Assembly (NCBI GenBank): GCA_965140415.1
Contig: OZ223209.1
Coordinates: forward strand, 5,536,001 to 5,600,000
DNA: 64,000 nt
Direction of reading: 5' to 3'
Origin: Myxococcota bacterium
GTDB taxonomy: Bacteria; Myxococcota_A; SURF-8
Shown here: piece by piece, positions 1-10,799 of the stretch
How the letters are laid out: each line of letters starts with the position of its first letter
Numbering within the stretch: the stretch's first letter is position 1
Translations under genes and position numbers: made by a program
Notes under the pieces: generated by a model
Told to the model about the DNA's origin: nothing
The model's input: the letters and a program-made list of their open reading frames with translations, nothing else
The model's database searches: none

Positions 1-3000
1 AAGATTCCGTTGTATCCCAATTTGACTCATAATACCAGTCACAAGTCAAATTGCTGGAACTGGACCCGTAGCTGCCACCGTAACGACGTTGGTCAGGATC
101 ACCGTAATTGCCGTCGTCGGTCCACTCATAGGCATTACCCGACATGTCATACACACCCCAGTCGTTGACGCACTCGGACAAGTAGCCTGTCGGCTGAATG
201 CCACTGCCGCTGTAATCGTCGCCATTGCAGGTCTGCGCCTCGTAGCTGTATCCGTAAGGATAGCTGCGGCTGGCTTCATCCTGCTTACATCCGATCACCC
301 AATCGGTCGGACTGCATACATGCTTGCCTGCACGCTCGCAGGCTTTTTTAGCCTGGTCGAAGGTGATCCAGCGCGAAGGGACGGAATCCGCAATCGAACA
401 TGCCCGCGGCTTGGTGCCCGTACAAGTATTGTCATTACCGTCGTCCCAGAAACAGATCCAGTAGTCATTGCTGTTTTGACCCCTGCAATTGCTGCTGCAA
501 GAATCCGAGCGGCAAACCGTCGCTTCATAAGTATCGATGCAGCTATCGGTGCCGACCATCTTGCGCATGTCCGAATGGCCGGGACAAGGACCGGGAGTGG
601 GGAAGGTATTGTAGCCGACGCACACACCGCTCTCACATGCGCCACCGATAAAGCCCGCCGCGCTGCAAGACGTGCCGTCTTCCACGTTACCGGCCATGCA
701 GTCGCCCGAAGTTTCATCGCACCAATAGGTTTTGCATTCGCTACCGAAATCGCAATTCTTCGGAGTGCCTGCACAGGTTCCGCCGCTACAGGTATCGTTG
801 ATAGTGCAGGGATCATCGTCGTCACAGGAACCACCAGAGTTGTCCCAGTTGGTGCAATTACCATTGATGCAGACATCCAGAGTGCACTCGTTGTCATCAT
901 CGGGGCAATCGCCCTGACCGTACAAGGGACCGCTTGGAACGGTGCTGTTCAATGCGGTATGTGTACACGCACCGCCCACACAGACATCCAGCGTACAGAC
1001 GTTGTTGTCGTCGGGGCAGGTGTGGTCTTCGTCGTAACCGTAGTAAAGCGGTCCACCCGGAACGGTGGAATTGAGTTCCCAGTTGGTGCAATTGCCATTG
1101 ACGCAGGCATCCACCGTACAGACGTTGTTGTCGTCGGGACAATCACCCAGCCCGTAGAAGGGCCCACTGGGCATGCTGCTGTTCAGTTCATCGTAAATAC
1201 AGCCGCCCTGGGCGCTGTCGCAATCGTCTACGGTGCAAACATTGCTGTCGTTACAGTCGCGCGTATCGGAAACGCAGAACATGCCCTCGCAAGCATCGGT
1301 GGTGCAGGAATTGCCGTCGGAGCAACTGCCACCGGTTTTGGCTTTGAACAGGCAGCCCTGGACGGCATCGCAGCGATCGTATTCCGTGCAGGTCGTTGCA
1401 CAACCGGTTTGCTCGCAATAGGTGGTAACGCTACAGGTGATAGCCTGACCGCCCTGGCAGACCATGGCGCTGTTGCAGAAATCATTCTGCGTGCAGGCGT
1501 CGCCATCGTCGCAAGCTTCACCGGACACCGTATAGCGGCAGCCGTCGGCATTGCTGCTGGATGAACCCGGGCTGCATGTGTCGGTGCTGCAAATGTTGCT
1601 GTCGTTGCAGAAATCATTATTCGGGGTAGAAACGCATAAGCCGCCCTGGCAGACATCGGTGGTGCAGTTGTAGCCATCCGAACAGCTACCGGCCACGTTT
1701 TCGTAAGTGCAGCCGTTGATTGGGTCGCAACTGTAACTACGGCAGGGAAGATGCTTCGGATCGACATAGACATCCGGGCAGGTCTTGGTCGTACCGGGAA
1801 TACAGTAGCCGTTCTGACAGGCATCGTTCTCGGTACAGGCGTCGTTGTCATTGCAGAGATTGTTCACCGTCGTATAGGTGCAACCCTGCGAGGAATCGCA
1901 ATTGTAGTTCCGACAGACCAGGTGCATGTCGTCCACCGGCTCGTCGGGACAAGTTACCGTATTACCCGGCTGGCACACACCGCTGAAACAGTAATCGTTC
2001 TCAGTGCAATAATTCCCATTATCACAAAATTCATAGTTGGGAAGATTCACATACTGACATCCGTTCTGGGCGTCGCAGGTCGCTGTTTTACAGGGATTGG
2101 TGGACGGCGGACATTCGAAATCTCCGCTGCCCTCACAAACGCCATTGTTGCACTGATCATCGCTTGTGCAGGGATCGCCGTCGTCACAATCGGTGCCATC
2201 CGGTTCGAATACACCCTGCACGCAACCGCCGTTATCGGGATCACACTCATCCAAGGTGCAATCGTTGCCATCGTAACAGGTATCCTCGTTGCCCGGCTCG
2301 CAAATACCGCCCGAACATTGGTCGTCGAGGGTGCAGGGGTTGCCGTCTTCGCAGTCAAGCGTATTGTTGCTGTGCTGACAGCCGTATGTCGGATGACAGT
2401 AGTCGGTCGTGCATATTTTGTCATCATCGCAGTAGTCCGGGTCTTCTTCGCCGAGACATTGACCCGCCTGACAGGAATCGTTCTGGGTACAGACGTTGTT
2501 GTCGTTGCATTCGGTCCCGTTTTCAACGGGAATCTGATCGCAACCGCCCATGCCGTCGCAGGTAGCTGTTTTACACGCCTGCGTGCTGGTACAGGTGTAG
2601 CTCGTTCCGAAGCAGCCATAGGAGAAGCCATCGTACTGGCAGTGGTCGTTTTTCGTGCAATCGTCAAAGTCGTTGCAATCGCCGCTTACGGGATTGTGGA
2701 TACAACCGGTAGTCGGGCTGCAAATATCGCTGGTACACTGGTTGTCGTCTTCGCAATCGAGCGTATCATCACCCGGGACACACTCGCCGTTACTGCAATG
2801 TTCGCCGATGGTGCATACATCCCAGTCGGTGCAGTCGTTGTCGTCGTTGGGAATATGCGTACAGGGCGGGTCCGCTTCCGGATCGCAGAGATCGTCGGTG
2901 CAGGGATTGTTGTCTTCGCAGTCGTAGAGCGAATCGCCAACGCATTCGCCGTTGAGGCAGTGATCGTTGTTGGTGCAAGGATTGTTGTCGTTGCAGGAGT

Positions 3001-4840
3001 TGCGGTCGTTTGGTTCATTGATGCAGCCGGAGTTCTCCGAACAGCGGTCGTCGGTGCAGTCGTTATCGTCATCGCAGAAAACCTCTTCGCCAATGCAGAC
3101 GCCGTTGGCGTTGCAGGTATCGTTTTCGGTGCAGACGGAACCGTCGCTGCATTCGGAGCCTTCTTCCGCATCGTAATCGCGACATTGCGAATCGCGACAT
3201 TCATTCACCTTGCAGGCACGTTGCGACACGCATTCGACCGGCGCCAACCAGCCGGAACCATCGGTTTTGCACTGCTGCTGATGGGTATCGTCCAGGCAGC
3301 GCATGGCATTCGGGGTACAGGGTTGATCCTGGCATTCCTCTTCGATACAGAGTTGGCCCGGAATAGGGCATTCGATGAATTCGCCCAGCGAGCGGCCATC
3401 GTCGCCGCAAATACGGTAGCCCACGCCGCCTTCATACCAGCAGATAATCGCGCCTGGGTCGCAGTTGGGCTCGCATTGCGCACTGCTGGGGCTGGCCGGC
3501 TGCATACCCGGAGGACATTCCAGCGTACCAAAGCCATTGGCGGTCAAGGTCGTAACGGATTGATTCGGATCGTTGCTGCGAATGCGCAGCGTTCCGATAT
3601 CGATGGCCTCGATAGTCGGATCGTAGCGGATCAGGAAAGTTTCCGAGTTGCCTTCGGCAATCGGAGTGGTCAACAGGCCGTTGGGATCTTCGAAACTGAA
3701 GCTTTCGTTGCTGTTGGTGATCCAACTGATATCCGACACCTGCAACAAGCCGCTACCGGTGTTGGTGACCGTCACGTTGCGGGAAACGGAAGCACGCTCG
3801 TAAAGCACGAAGCCGAAATCGATCGAAGTCGGATCGATCTCGATAGCCGGACTGACACCCGTACCACTGACCTGAACCGTATCGCTCTGATCCGCTTGCA
3901 CGTAATCGCTGGCAACCACGGTTACCGTGGTGTTGTAGTCGCCGACGTCGGTCGGGTGGAAGGCAATCGGACAAACCCGGCTCTCTCCAACCGAAAGGTA
4001 AAACGGCGTTTCGCAGGTGTATTGCGGTAACGGCAAACTGAAATTCGGGTTTTCCGCGTCGACCATCGTGATGCTTTTAACTTCCAAGGGACGAGTAGAG
4101 TCGAGACCATCCGGAACGGCGGAAATCGTGTATTCCTTCAAGGTCAGATTGTCACTGATATTCTGCTCCTCGAACGTCAACTCCGACGGTTCGAGCGTCA
4201 TGTTCGTGGTGCCCTTCCAGGTCATCTTCAGCTTGACTTCACGCCGGGGACGAACTTCGTCGTTGGAGGCGATGATCAAGGTGCCTTCGTCCTCGTTCAT
4301 ATCCGCCGGGCAATATTGCAGCTTGACCGTCATGGTATGACGCGGGCTTAAATCCACCGGTGGCGTCATGTTTTCGGGTGTGAAACTTTCGATCTGGAAT
4401 TCTTCACTTGTTTCACCGGTCAGACTGACTTCGATCACCAGAACCGCCATGCTTCCCGACGATTCGATCACCAGATCCACATACTTGCATTGTCCCGGAG
4501 GAACGGAACCGAAATCGACTTCATCCTTGACGTTCAGGCAACGCTGTTTGCATTCCACCGTGACGTCCGGCTCCTGATCGCCATCGGTAGCAGGATCGAT
4601 ATCCAGATCCGAATCGCCATCGATGGGTTGTTCGTCCGTATCACCTGGAGGGATGTCCGTGTCGCCCTGCTTGTCTCCATCGGTCGGCGATCCATCGCCA
4701 TCGACCGTTGTGGAATCGCCGTCGCCGGAATTATCTTCATCGCCCTGACTGGTCGTCGAACTTGAATCGGAACAACTGTAAAGCAACATCCATGCGAAGA
4801 GCAGGAATACTACAACTGCCGAATGCCTGCGAATTGACAT
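1..4840 (-). CDS. Giant surface lipoprotein, truncated at the window edge: lipobox, DGD linker, Ig-like (ASH/choice-of-anchor D-like) domains, many Cys-rich CDDxNxCTxDxC repeats, C-terminal FGE-sulfatase (SUMF1-like) domain
   Basis: ATG at 4840 with AGGAGA upstream; N-terminus MSIRRHSAVVVFLLFAWMLLYSC; same frame reads GVYDMSGNAYEW...RRYGGSY near 60-160 and stays open to base 1. The + ORFs 89..1564 and 1751..4030 are its antisense shadows. Confidence 0.85.
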   Translation of the reverse strand, partial: MSIRRHSAVVVFLLFAWMLLYSCSDSSSTTSQGDEDNSGDGDSTTVDGDGSPTDGDKQGDTDIPPGDTDEQPIDGDSDLDIDPATDGDQEPDVTVECKQRCLNVKDEVDFGSVPPGQCKYVDLVIESSGSMAVLVIEVSLTGETSEEFQIESFTPENMTPPVDLSPRHTMTVKLQYCPADMNEDEGTLIIASNDEVRPRREVKLKMTWKGTTNMTLEPSELTFEEQNISDNLTLKEYTISAVPDGLDSTRPLEVKSITMVDAENPNFSLPLPQYTCETPFYLSVGESRVCPIAFHPTDVGDYNTTVTVVASDYVQADQSDTVQVSGTGVSPAIEIDPTSIDFGFVLYERASVSRNVTVTNTGSGLLQVSDISWITNSNESFSFEDPNGLLTTPIAEGNSETFLIRYDPTIEAIDIGTLRIRSNDPNQSVTTLTANGFGTLECPPGMQPASPSSAQCEPNCDPGAIICWYEGGVGYRICGDDGRSLGEFIECPIPGQLCIEEECQDQPCTPNAMRCLDDTHQQQCKTDGSGWLAPVECVSQRACKVNECRDSQCRDYDAEEGSECSDGSVCTENDTCNANGVCIGEEVFCDDDNDCTDDRCSENSGCINEPNDRNSCNDNNPCTNNDHCLNGECVGDSLYDCEDNNPCTDDLCDPEADPPCTHIPNDDNDCTDWDVCTIGEHCSNGECVPGDDTLDCEDDNQCTSDICSPTTGCIHNPVSGDCNDFDDCTKNDHCQYDGFSYGCFGTSYTCTSTQACKTATCDGMGGCDQIPVENGTECNDNNVCTQNDSCQAGQCLGEEDPDYCDDDKICTTDYCHPTYGCQHSNNTLDCEDGNPCTLDDQCSGGICEPGNEDTCYDGNDCTLDECDPDNGGCVQGVFEPDGTDCDDGDPCTSDDQCNNGVCEGSGDFECPPSTNPCKTATCDAQNGCQYVNLPNYEFCDNGNYCTENDYCFSGVCQPGNTVTCPDEPVDDMHLVCRNYNCDSSQGCTYTTVNNLCNDNDACTENDACQNGYCIPGTTKTCPDVYVDPKHLPCRSYSCDPINGCTYENVAGSCSDGYNCTTDVCQGGLCVSTPNNDFCNDSNICSTDTCSPGSSSSNADGCRYTVSGEACDDGDACTQNDFCNSAMVCQGGQAITCSVTTYCEQTGCATTCTEYDRCDAVQGCLFKAKTGGSCSDGNSCTTDACEGMFCVSDTRDCNDSNVCTVDDCDSAQGGCIYDELNSSMPSGPFYGLGDCPDDNNVCTVDACVNGNCTNWELNSTVPGGPLYYGYDEDHTCPDDNNVCTLDVCVGGACTHTALNSTVPSGPLYGQGDCPDDDNECTLDVCINGNCTNWDNSGGSCDDDDPCTINDTCSGGTCAGTPKNCDFGSECKTYWCDETSGDCMAGNVEDGTSCSAAGFIGGACESGVCVGYNTFPTPGPCPGHSDMRKMVGTDSCIDTYEATVCRSDSCSSNCRGQNSNDYWICFWDDGNDNTCTGTKPRACSIADSVPSRWITFDQAKKACERAGKHVCSPTDWVIGCKQDEASRSYPYGYSYEAQTCNGDDYSGSGIQPTGYLSECVNDWGVYDMSGNAYEWTDDGNYGDPDQRRYGGSYGSSSSNLTCDWYYESNWDTTES

Positions 4841-5331
4841 CAACGCATCTCCTGTATGAAATATCGAAAACGAGCGGACACAAATTACTGAGAGCACTTA
4901 AAATCACATTCGGGCCTCGCCGTTTGGCAAGAATACCCGGCAAAGTGGAAACTACGTGGCAAGTTCCTCTAACCTATAATAGATATCAGAAGCCTACAGA
5001 GATTTCAATGCTTTTTGTGTACGTAGGAAATAGGTTTCGATTCTTTGTTTGGAATCAGTGGAAATGCCTGAATGGGAAATCTATTTTCCTCCAAACACCA
5101 ACAAAGCACAAAGATCACTATTTTTGAAAACAAGAAGGATGACAATATTCGGGAAGCCAGAAAATAAGTCAATTCATGCGCCCTTAAATAAGACTAGTGT
5201 TTCCGATACAACCACAGAGCAAAATTCTATCATATTCCGAGTAAAACATTGTATTTATTCTTGTATATCGATACAATACACTTCAATCATGAAGAGAATA
5301 AGACTACTTCTTTAAAGAAAATAAGAATGAA

Positions 5332-6486
5332 ATGACGAAAAAAGAACAAGAATTCAAGGCGCGCTTTGATTATTCCAACAAAATGGTTTCAAACTTGATG
5401 GCAATAGAAGGCGCTCGGAAAATTGTGGATGTGCTTCCATTACCACCGGCAGGGATGCTGAAATTAAAACAGGTCGCCAGGCAGAAATCCTCACGCGGAT
5501 CTGTCGCCATCGAAGGCAACCCGTTTACTCTCCGCGAAGTGCTCAAAGCTGTTGCAGAAAACGATCGCTCAACCAGTGATCACGCCCAAGAAGTTCGCAA
5601 CTACTGGCGTACCTTAGAATGGCTGGAAAATAACGTCTCAGAATCAACCACCATTACTGAAAATTTCATTAAAACTCTGCATGGACTGATCATGGTACGC
5701 ACAAGCGGCAGACGAAAAAGTAAAAGCGCTTATCGCGTAGGAGAATGCCCAATCGTAGATACTGCAACGAGAGATATCGAGTACATGCCTCCACGCCCAA
5801 AAGACGTTCCAGAGTTAATGAAAGATCTGGAGACTTGGCTAAACTTGAAAGAAAGCGACAGGTTACCCGGTCCCGTGCGTGCGGGATTATTAGCTCATCG
5901 TTTCGTGAGCATTCATCCTTTCGACGATGGCAACGGCAGAACGGCCAGGGCTTTGGCTACAGCGGAGTTGTGGCGTTCCGGCTATTACATGCAAGGCTTC
6001 ATTTCGGTAGAGGAGTTTTATAACGAAACGCGTAACGCGTATTATGACAATCTACAGATGGATCTTCCCGAGGACTTTTACGAGGGACGTCACGATCCCA
6101 ACCATACTCGCTGGCTTGAATATTTTATCTCCATCCTTGCCCAGGCCACCGAAGAGATTAATGAAAAGGCGGTCGCACTATATCAGAAGCAACGTACGGA
6201 TGATGTTCCTTGGGCGGTTCTTTCGAAACGGCAGCAGCAATTGCTTATGCGTTTGACCGCTCGTCGTGCCGATTCTTCCGAAAAGGATTTGATTTTTGTT
6301 CCAGGTGATATCATCAGCTGGTTCGAAATATCCAAGCAAACCGCTTATGACTGGCTCAGGGAATGGGTTGCCGACGGTTTTGTACGGCCATACAAAGCAG
6401 GTGACCGTATCCGTTACTACACCCTTACGAAAGAATGGCTGACTCTGGTGGATACTGCATTCTTCTGGAATGATGAAATCGAATAG
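5332..6486 (+). CDS. Fic family protein with probable C-terminal winged helix
   Basis: Canonical Fic motif HPFDDGNGRTAR; SxAIEGN N-terminal motif. Confidence 0.9.
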   Translation: MTKKEQEFKARFDYSNKMVSNLMAIEGARKIVDVLPLPPAGMLKLKQVARQKSSRGSVAIEGNPFTLREVLKAVAENDRSTSDHAQEVRNYWRTLEWLENNVSESTTITENFIKTLHGLIMVRTSGRRKSKSAYRVGECPIVDTATRDIEYMPPRPKDVPELMKDLETWLNLKESDRLPGPVRAGLLAHRFVSIHPFDDGNGRTARALATAELWRSGYYMQGFISVEEFYNETRNAYYDNLQMDLPEDFYEGRHDPNHTRWLEYFISILAQATEEINEKAVALYQKQRTDDVPWAVLSKRQQQLLMRLTARRADSSEKDLIFVPGDIISWFEISKQTAYDWLREWVADGFVRPYKAGDRIRYYTLTKEWLTLVDTAFFWNDEIE

Positions 6487-6570
6487 GCAAAGCCTTAAAT
6501 AATTTCAATCTCGGCAACTGATTCAGGGAAACTTGTGCCTAGACTTTTTTGATTTCAAGCACCGATCCGT

Positions 6571-7533
6571 TCACTCACGCAAACCGCGCTGCACCAATAC
6601 GCTTTGCAGCAGCTTGGGGTTGTCGCTCATGATGCCGTCAACTCCCAGATCCAGCAGATCGTTCATTTCCTGTTCGTCGTTGACGGTCCAGATGTGCGCC
6701 TTGATTCCGAAATGCCGGGCGCGCTCGAGTGTAGCGGGCTGAGCGGCGCTGATGGGCAACTGCATGAATTCGCCGGGCGGCAGGTAGTCATCCAGGTCAT
6801 CGTCGCGCAGCAGGCTGAAAGTGATGACCTCTTCGGTTGCGAAACCGGTTAATAGTTCAGGAGCTTTTTCACGGATCTCCGAGAGCAATACTTCGCTGAA
6901 GGCTCCCATAACAACATTGGATTCCATGTGATATTCGCGGATAATGGCCAAGACCTCATCGACGATGGGAGGATCGGACTGCTTGATTTCCAGCGTGTAG
7001 TACGCATCGGAATGGGCTGTAAAGACTTCCTCTAGCGTGGGAATCTGTACGCCCTGTCCCCGGTAAGGATAGCTCTGGCCACCATCTTCGGTAAACGTGT
7101 ACCCGGCATCCAATGCACGCACTTGCTCGAAAGTCATTTCACGAATGTAGCCGCTGCCGTCGGTCTGACGATCCACTGTGGCATCGTGACTGACCACGAT
7201 CACACCGTCTTTCGTGGCGTGAACGTCCATTTCCAGAATATCCGCCCCTTCATCCAGTGAATTCTGATAGGCAAGCAGGGTGTTTTCAGGTCGCAAATCA
7301 CCACCGCCGCGATGGGCGATATTCATTACGCGATCGCTGAACAGAAAATGGCCCGCCCAGGGATCTTCAACTTCGGATTCCATCTCGATATCTCCGTCTA
7401 CCGGATTTTCCACCGCCTCGAAATCCAGATCGGCGTCACCATCCACCACGGGGTCGTCGTCCGAACATCCTAAAATAACAAAGGAAAATACGATCCCACA
7501 CACCAAGAACAGCCAATTCATTCTACGAATCAT
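6571..7533 (-). CDS. Glycerophosphodiester phosphodiesterase, lipoprotein
   Basis: IAHRGG, PENT, LEMDVHATKDG, WTVND, GVDGIMSD motifs; ILGC lipobox; start moved to ATG 7533 (uncertain). Confidence 0.88.
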   Translation of the reverse strand: MIRRMNWLFLVCGIVFSFVILGCSDDDPVVDGDADLDFEAVENPVDGDIEMESEVEDPWAGHFLFSDRVMNIAHRGGGDLRPENTLLAYQNSLDEGADILEMDVHATKDGVIVVSHDATVDRQTDGSGYIREMTFEQVRALDAGYTFTEDGGQSYPYRGQGVQIPTLEEVFTAHSDAYYTLEIKQSDPPIVDEVLAIIREYHMESNVVMGAFSEVLLSEIREKAPELLTGFATEEVITFSLLRDDDLDDYLPPGEFMQLPISAAQPATLERARHFGIKAHIWTVNDEQEMNDLLDLGVDGIMSDNPKLLQSVLVQRGLRE

Positions 7534-7698
7534 GGTACATCCTTTTGTCTGAAAATAGACGGGCAACACCAAAACCACGCCATCAAATCGCAGCTTGGGA
7601 ATTTTGTCCAGTAGTTTTTGAGTGTAAGCGAACAGGAATGAGCAATATGTCCCTGAAATGACAGGTCATTCTAGATCGGTTCGGAAAGTGGCAAGCTC

Positions 7699-8820
7699 CT
7701 AGCCCGGCGAACTGGCCTTATGATTCAAACGCGCCAGGGCGCGGCGACACTGTTCCGCCTCGCGCAGGCGGTTATGTTCCGGGTAGATGTACAACAGGCG
7801 TTCCAGCATTTCGCGGGCAGCGTTATCATCCCAGGATTGCAGGAAAAACGCATTTTCCAGTTCGACTAGCGCGCCTTCCACGTCGCCACGCTGCTCCAGT
7901 AATCGGGACAACTTCAACCGGGCCTGGTAGTCACGCGGGTCGCTATCGCGCAGAAAACGCATTTTGGGATGATTGGCGATTTCCGCCGGGGGTGGCAGTT
8001 CCGCACCCTCCAAAAAGTCGGCGGCTTCCAATTCGGAAACTTCGGGAATCTTCATATCTCCGGCATGCCACCAGTAGTGATAACCATTGGCGAACATGGG
8101 AGTGCGCAGATGACGCCAATAGGCTTTATGCGCTTCGTTAACACGTCCGCGCATGGCATGCATGCGCGCCTGCCACAACGAAGCCGCTCCGAAACGGGGC
8201 ATCACTTTTTCCGCATCCGCCAGCATACGCTGAGATTGCTGAAAACCATGAGTCGCGAATTGTGAAACAGCAAGATATGTCAATGAAAACGAAGCGTTAC
8301 CGTCGATTCGGATAATCTCCTCGTGCCAGGATTCCGGCGAGGCAGGCGGGCTGCTCATCAGGTCGTATTCGTCCAGATTGCTGCCGCTGCGGAAAAGCTC
8401 GACCACCTTGCTCATTTCATCCCAGTCATCGCTACTGACGGCATCCAGCAGTTCTTTACCCATCCACCACAACAGGAAGCCCTGCATGTGGCTGGAGATC
8501 GGCAGGAAATGGCCGGTTTCATGCAACCAGATGCCGATGGGAATCGAGCCATCCCGATCTTTCCATGGCAGATAGAAGCAGTACATGTCGCCATCGCCTT
8601 CCTCGGCGAACGGCACCAGCCCCGGCATCATTTGCGGAGGTCGCTGAACTTCCGAAACGATATCCCGCATCGGAAAATACCGAAGGAAATGAAGGACTTC
8701 CTCCGGCAGGTTTTCATGGAGATCTAAAAGCGGTTCGGGAATCGCAAAGCCGAATCGATCGGCGAATGAGGCCCGTAAGCTATCGTCGATTTTTTGTGTC
8801 CACAGAAAGAGTTGCGCCAT
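7699..8820 (-). CDS. Hypothetical protein, N-terminal SMI1/KNR4-like domain plus TPR-like helices
   Basis: RFGFAIPEPL and LVPFAEEGDGDMYCF resemble SMI1/KNR4 motifs; helical repeat C-terminus; GGAG before ATG 8820. Confidence 0.55.
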   Translation of the reverse strand: MAQLFLWTQKIDDSLRASFADRFGFAIPEPLLDLHENLPEEVLHFLRYFPMRDIVSEVQRPPQMMPGLVPFAEEGDGDMYCFYLPWKDRDGSIPIGIWLHETGHFLPISSHMQGFLLWWMGKELLDAVSSDDWDEMSKVVELFRSGSNLDEYDLMSSPPASPESWHEEIIRIDGNASFSLTYLAVSQFATHGFQQSQRMLADAEKVMPRFGAASLWQARMHAMRGRVNEAHKAYWRHLRTPMFANGYHYWWHAGDMKIPEVSELEAADFLEGAELPPPAEIANHPKMRFLRDSDPRDYQARLKLSRLLEQRGDVEGALVELENAFFLQSWDDNAAREMLERLLYIYPEHNRLREAEQCRRALARLNHKASSPG

Positions 8821-9084
8821 TCGTGATCGCTCTCCAGGAGATTCGTTTTTAGCCGGCGCCCTGACCGGACTAAGCACCAGATCGAGGGATAATGCGGCTG
8901 ACTGTACATGAAAAGTGTACGGCTGTCCATCATGAAATGACCTGCCTCGGGAAAAAAATTCGAGTCGCCCGATCCTCCTTGTGAAATGAGCGTTCTCAAA
9001 CGGAATAAGTAGCGGAAATAGCAGTGACTATGCTATGATAGCGGAAGAATTAACTCGCTTCACATTCGAACCAGGGCGTTTTTC

Positions 9085-10785
9085 ATGGACCTGAAAACGG
9101 TATCGGTAGACAAAGACAGCAACGATCGCATTCTTCTCGGGTTGATTTTATTCCGTTTGATGACGATCACCGTGCTGTTGGGATCGACCGCCATACTGAA
9201 CATCCGTCAAGACGCGGATTGGACGCCGGTTCAGTTCATCATTTTCTCCTCTATCGGCGTTTCCTATTTATTATCAATCCTTTACCTGCTTGCACTAAAA
9301 TACAACACCAACTACCATTTTCAAGCACTTGCCCAGTTGGTTGGAGACCTGTTGTTCTGGTCTTGTTTGATCTACTTGACCGGCGGGCTGCATTCGCCCT
9401 TCACATTTCTTTACTCTCTGTCAATCATTCACGGCTCGATTGCCTTAGGCAAACGAGGTGCAGCGTTTGCATTCACCTTCGCGGCCATCTCCTTCTGTGT
9501 TCTGGTGCTTATGGAGCACTACCAGATTTTCCATCTCTGGCTGCAAATCACTGCTTCATTTCAAAGTTTCTGGGATTTAAACGAAATCTATCATTTCTTT
9601 TTAAACATCTGCATGTTCTTTCTAACCACGGTTCTGGCTGCTTACCTGGCCCGGCAAATGGAAATGCGCGAAGCGATCATGGCGCGTCAAAGCATGACGC
9701 TGGAAACGCAACGTATGCTCAACCGTTCAATCATGCTGGGAATCCAAAGCGGCTTTATTCTCTTGAACGACGAAGGGCGCATCACCTTTTTCAACCTGGC
9801 ATCGGAACGCTTTTCCGAGTGGTCCTCCGCTGAAGCCACCGGGCGCATGCTCGACGACGTATTCCCGGCATTGCGCGAGGCCCTGGAAAAGGAAATCGCT
9901 CGAGAAGACTGGGATCGCTTTGTTGAATTCTCAATAGAGCGCGAAGAAGAAAGCAAACGCTGGATAGCCGCCACATTTTCCGACCTGATCGGCGTCAATA
10001 ACGAGCGAAAAGGCTCCATCCTCATTCTGGACGACATCACCAATCGGCACAATTTGGAAGAACTGGCAGCTCGAAATCAGAAACTGGCGGCAATCGGCGA
10101 ACTGGCCGCAGGCATCGCACATGAAATCCGCAATCCGCTGGCGTCGATTTCCGGGTCAATTCAGCTTTTGCAATCCGAACTTCCCCCGGATGATGAAAAC
10201 GGGAAACTGATGGAAATCAGTCTTCGTGAAACGGATCGCCTGAATACGCTGATCGGCGATTTCCTGGCTTATGCTCGTCCCAATCCGCTATCGACACAAC
10301 TGGTATTCATCCACGAAATGATGGAAGATCTGGTAGAGTTGATCGGTGGTGACCCGAAATTCGGAGATGTGCGCATCCGAATCGAATACGCTCCCTGGGT
10401 GCCTCAATTAATCGGAGATAATGCCAAGATCCGACAGATCCTCTGGAACATTCTAAAGAATGCCGTAGAATCGGTCCTGGAAAATCCAACCGGCGTCGTA
10501 TGGGTGAGTGTGGAGGGAATCACGGTTTTGGAGCGGCCAGAGGGAGAAGGCGTACGTTTCCGAATTCGCGATAATGGAACGGGGATGTCCCCGGAAACCA
10601 GAGCGAAAATTTTCGATCCATTCTTCACCACGAAAGAAGACGGTACAGGACTGGGTATGGCGATCGTATACCAGCTGGTAAAGTCGCACCAGGGAGAAAT
10701 CACGGTGGATTCCAAACCGGGACGCGGAACGGAATTTACGATTTCCCTGCCTTGCCGACCAAGTTTACCGCCGACGGCTGAATAA
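9085..10785 (+). CDS. pilS: Sensor histidine kinase PilS-like (TM, PAS, HisKA, HATPase)
   Basis: TGGLHSPFTFLY membrane motif typical of PilS; AHEIRNPL H-box; DPFFTTK, GTGLG; adjacent to pilR/pilD. Confidence 0.85.
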   Translation: MDLKTVSVDKDSNDRILLGLILFRLMTITVLLGSTAILNIRQDADWTPVQFIIFSSIGVSYLLSILYLLALKYNTNYHFQALAQLVGDLLFWSCLIYLTGGLHSPFTFLYSLSIIHGSIALGKRGAAFAFTFAAISFCVLVLMEHYQIFHLWLQITASFQSFWDLNEIYHFFLNICMFFLTTVLAAYLARQMEMREAIMARQSMTLETQRMLNRSIMLGIQSGFILLNDEGRITFFNLASERFSEWSSAEATGRMLDDVFPALREALEKEIAREDWDRFVEFSIEREEESKRWIAATFSDLIGVNNERKGSILILDDITNRHNLEELAARNQKLAAIGELAAGIAHEIRNPLASISGSIQLLQSELPPDDENGKLMEISLRETDRLNTLIGDFLAYARPNPLSTQLVFIHEMMEDLVELIGGDPKFGDVRIRIEYAPWVPQLIGDNAKIRQILWNILKNAVESVLENPTGVVWVSVEGITVLERPEGEGVRFRIRDNGTGMSPETRAKIFDPFFTTKEDGTGLGMAIVYQLVKSHQGEITVDSKPGRGTEFTISLPCRPSLPPTAE

Positions 10786-10799
10786 GGAGGAATGGCCTT

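Noticed and set aside
89-4030. Long + strand ORFs 89..1564 and 1751..4030
   Set aside because: Antisense shadows in register with the real - strand lipoprotein; Val/Ala/Ile-rich with no motifs.
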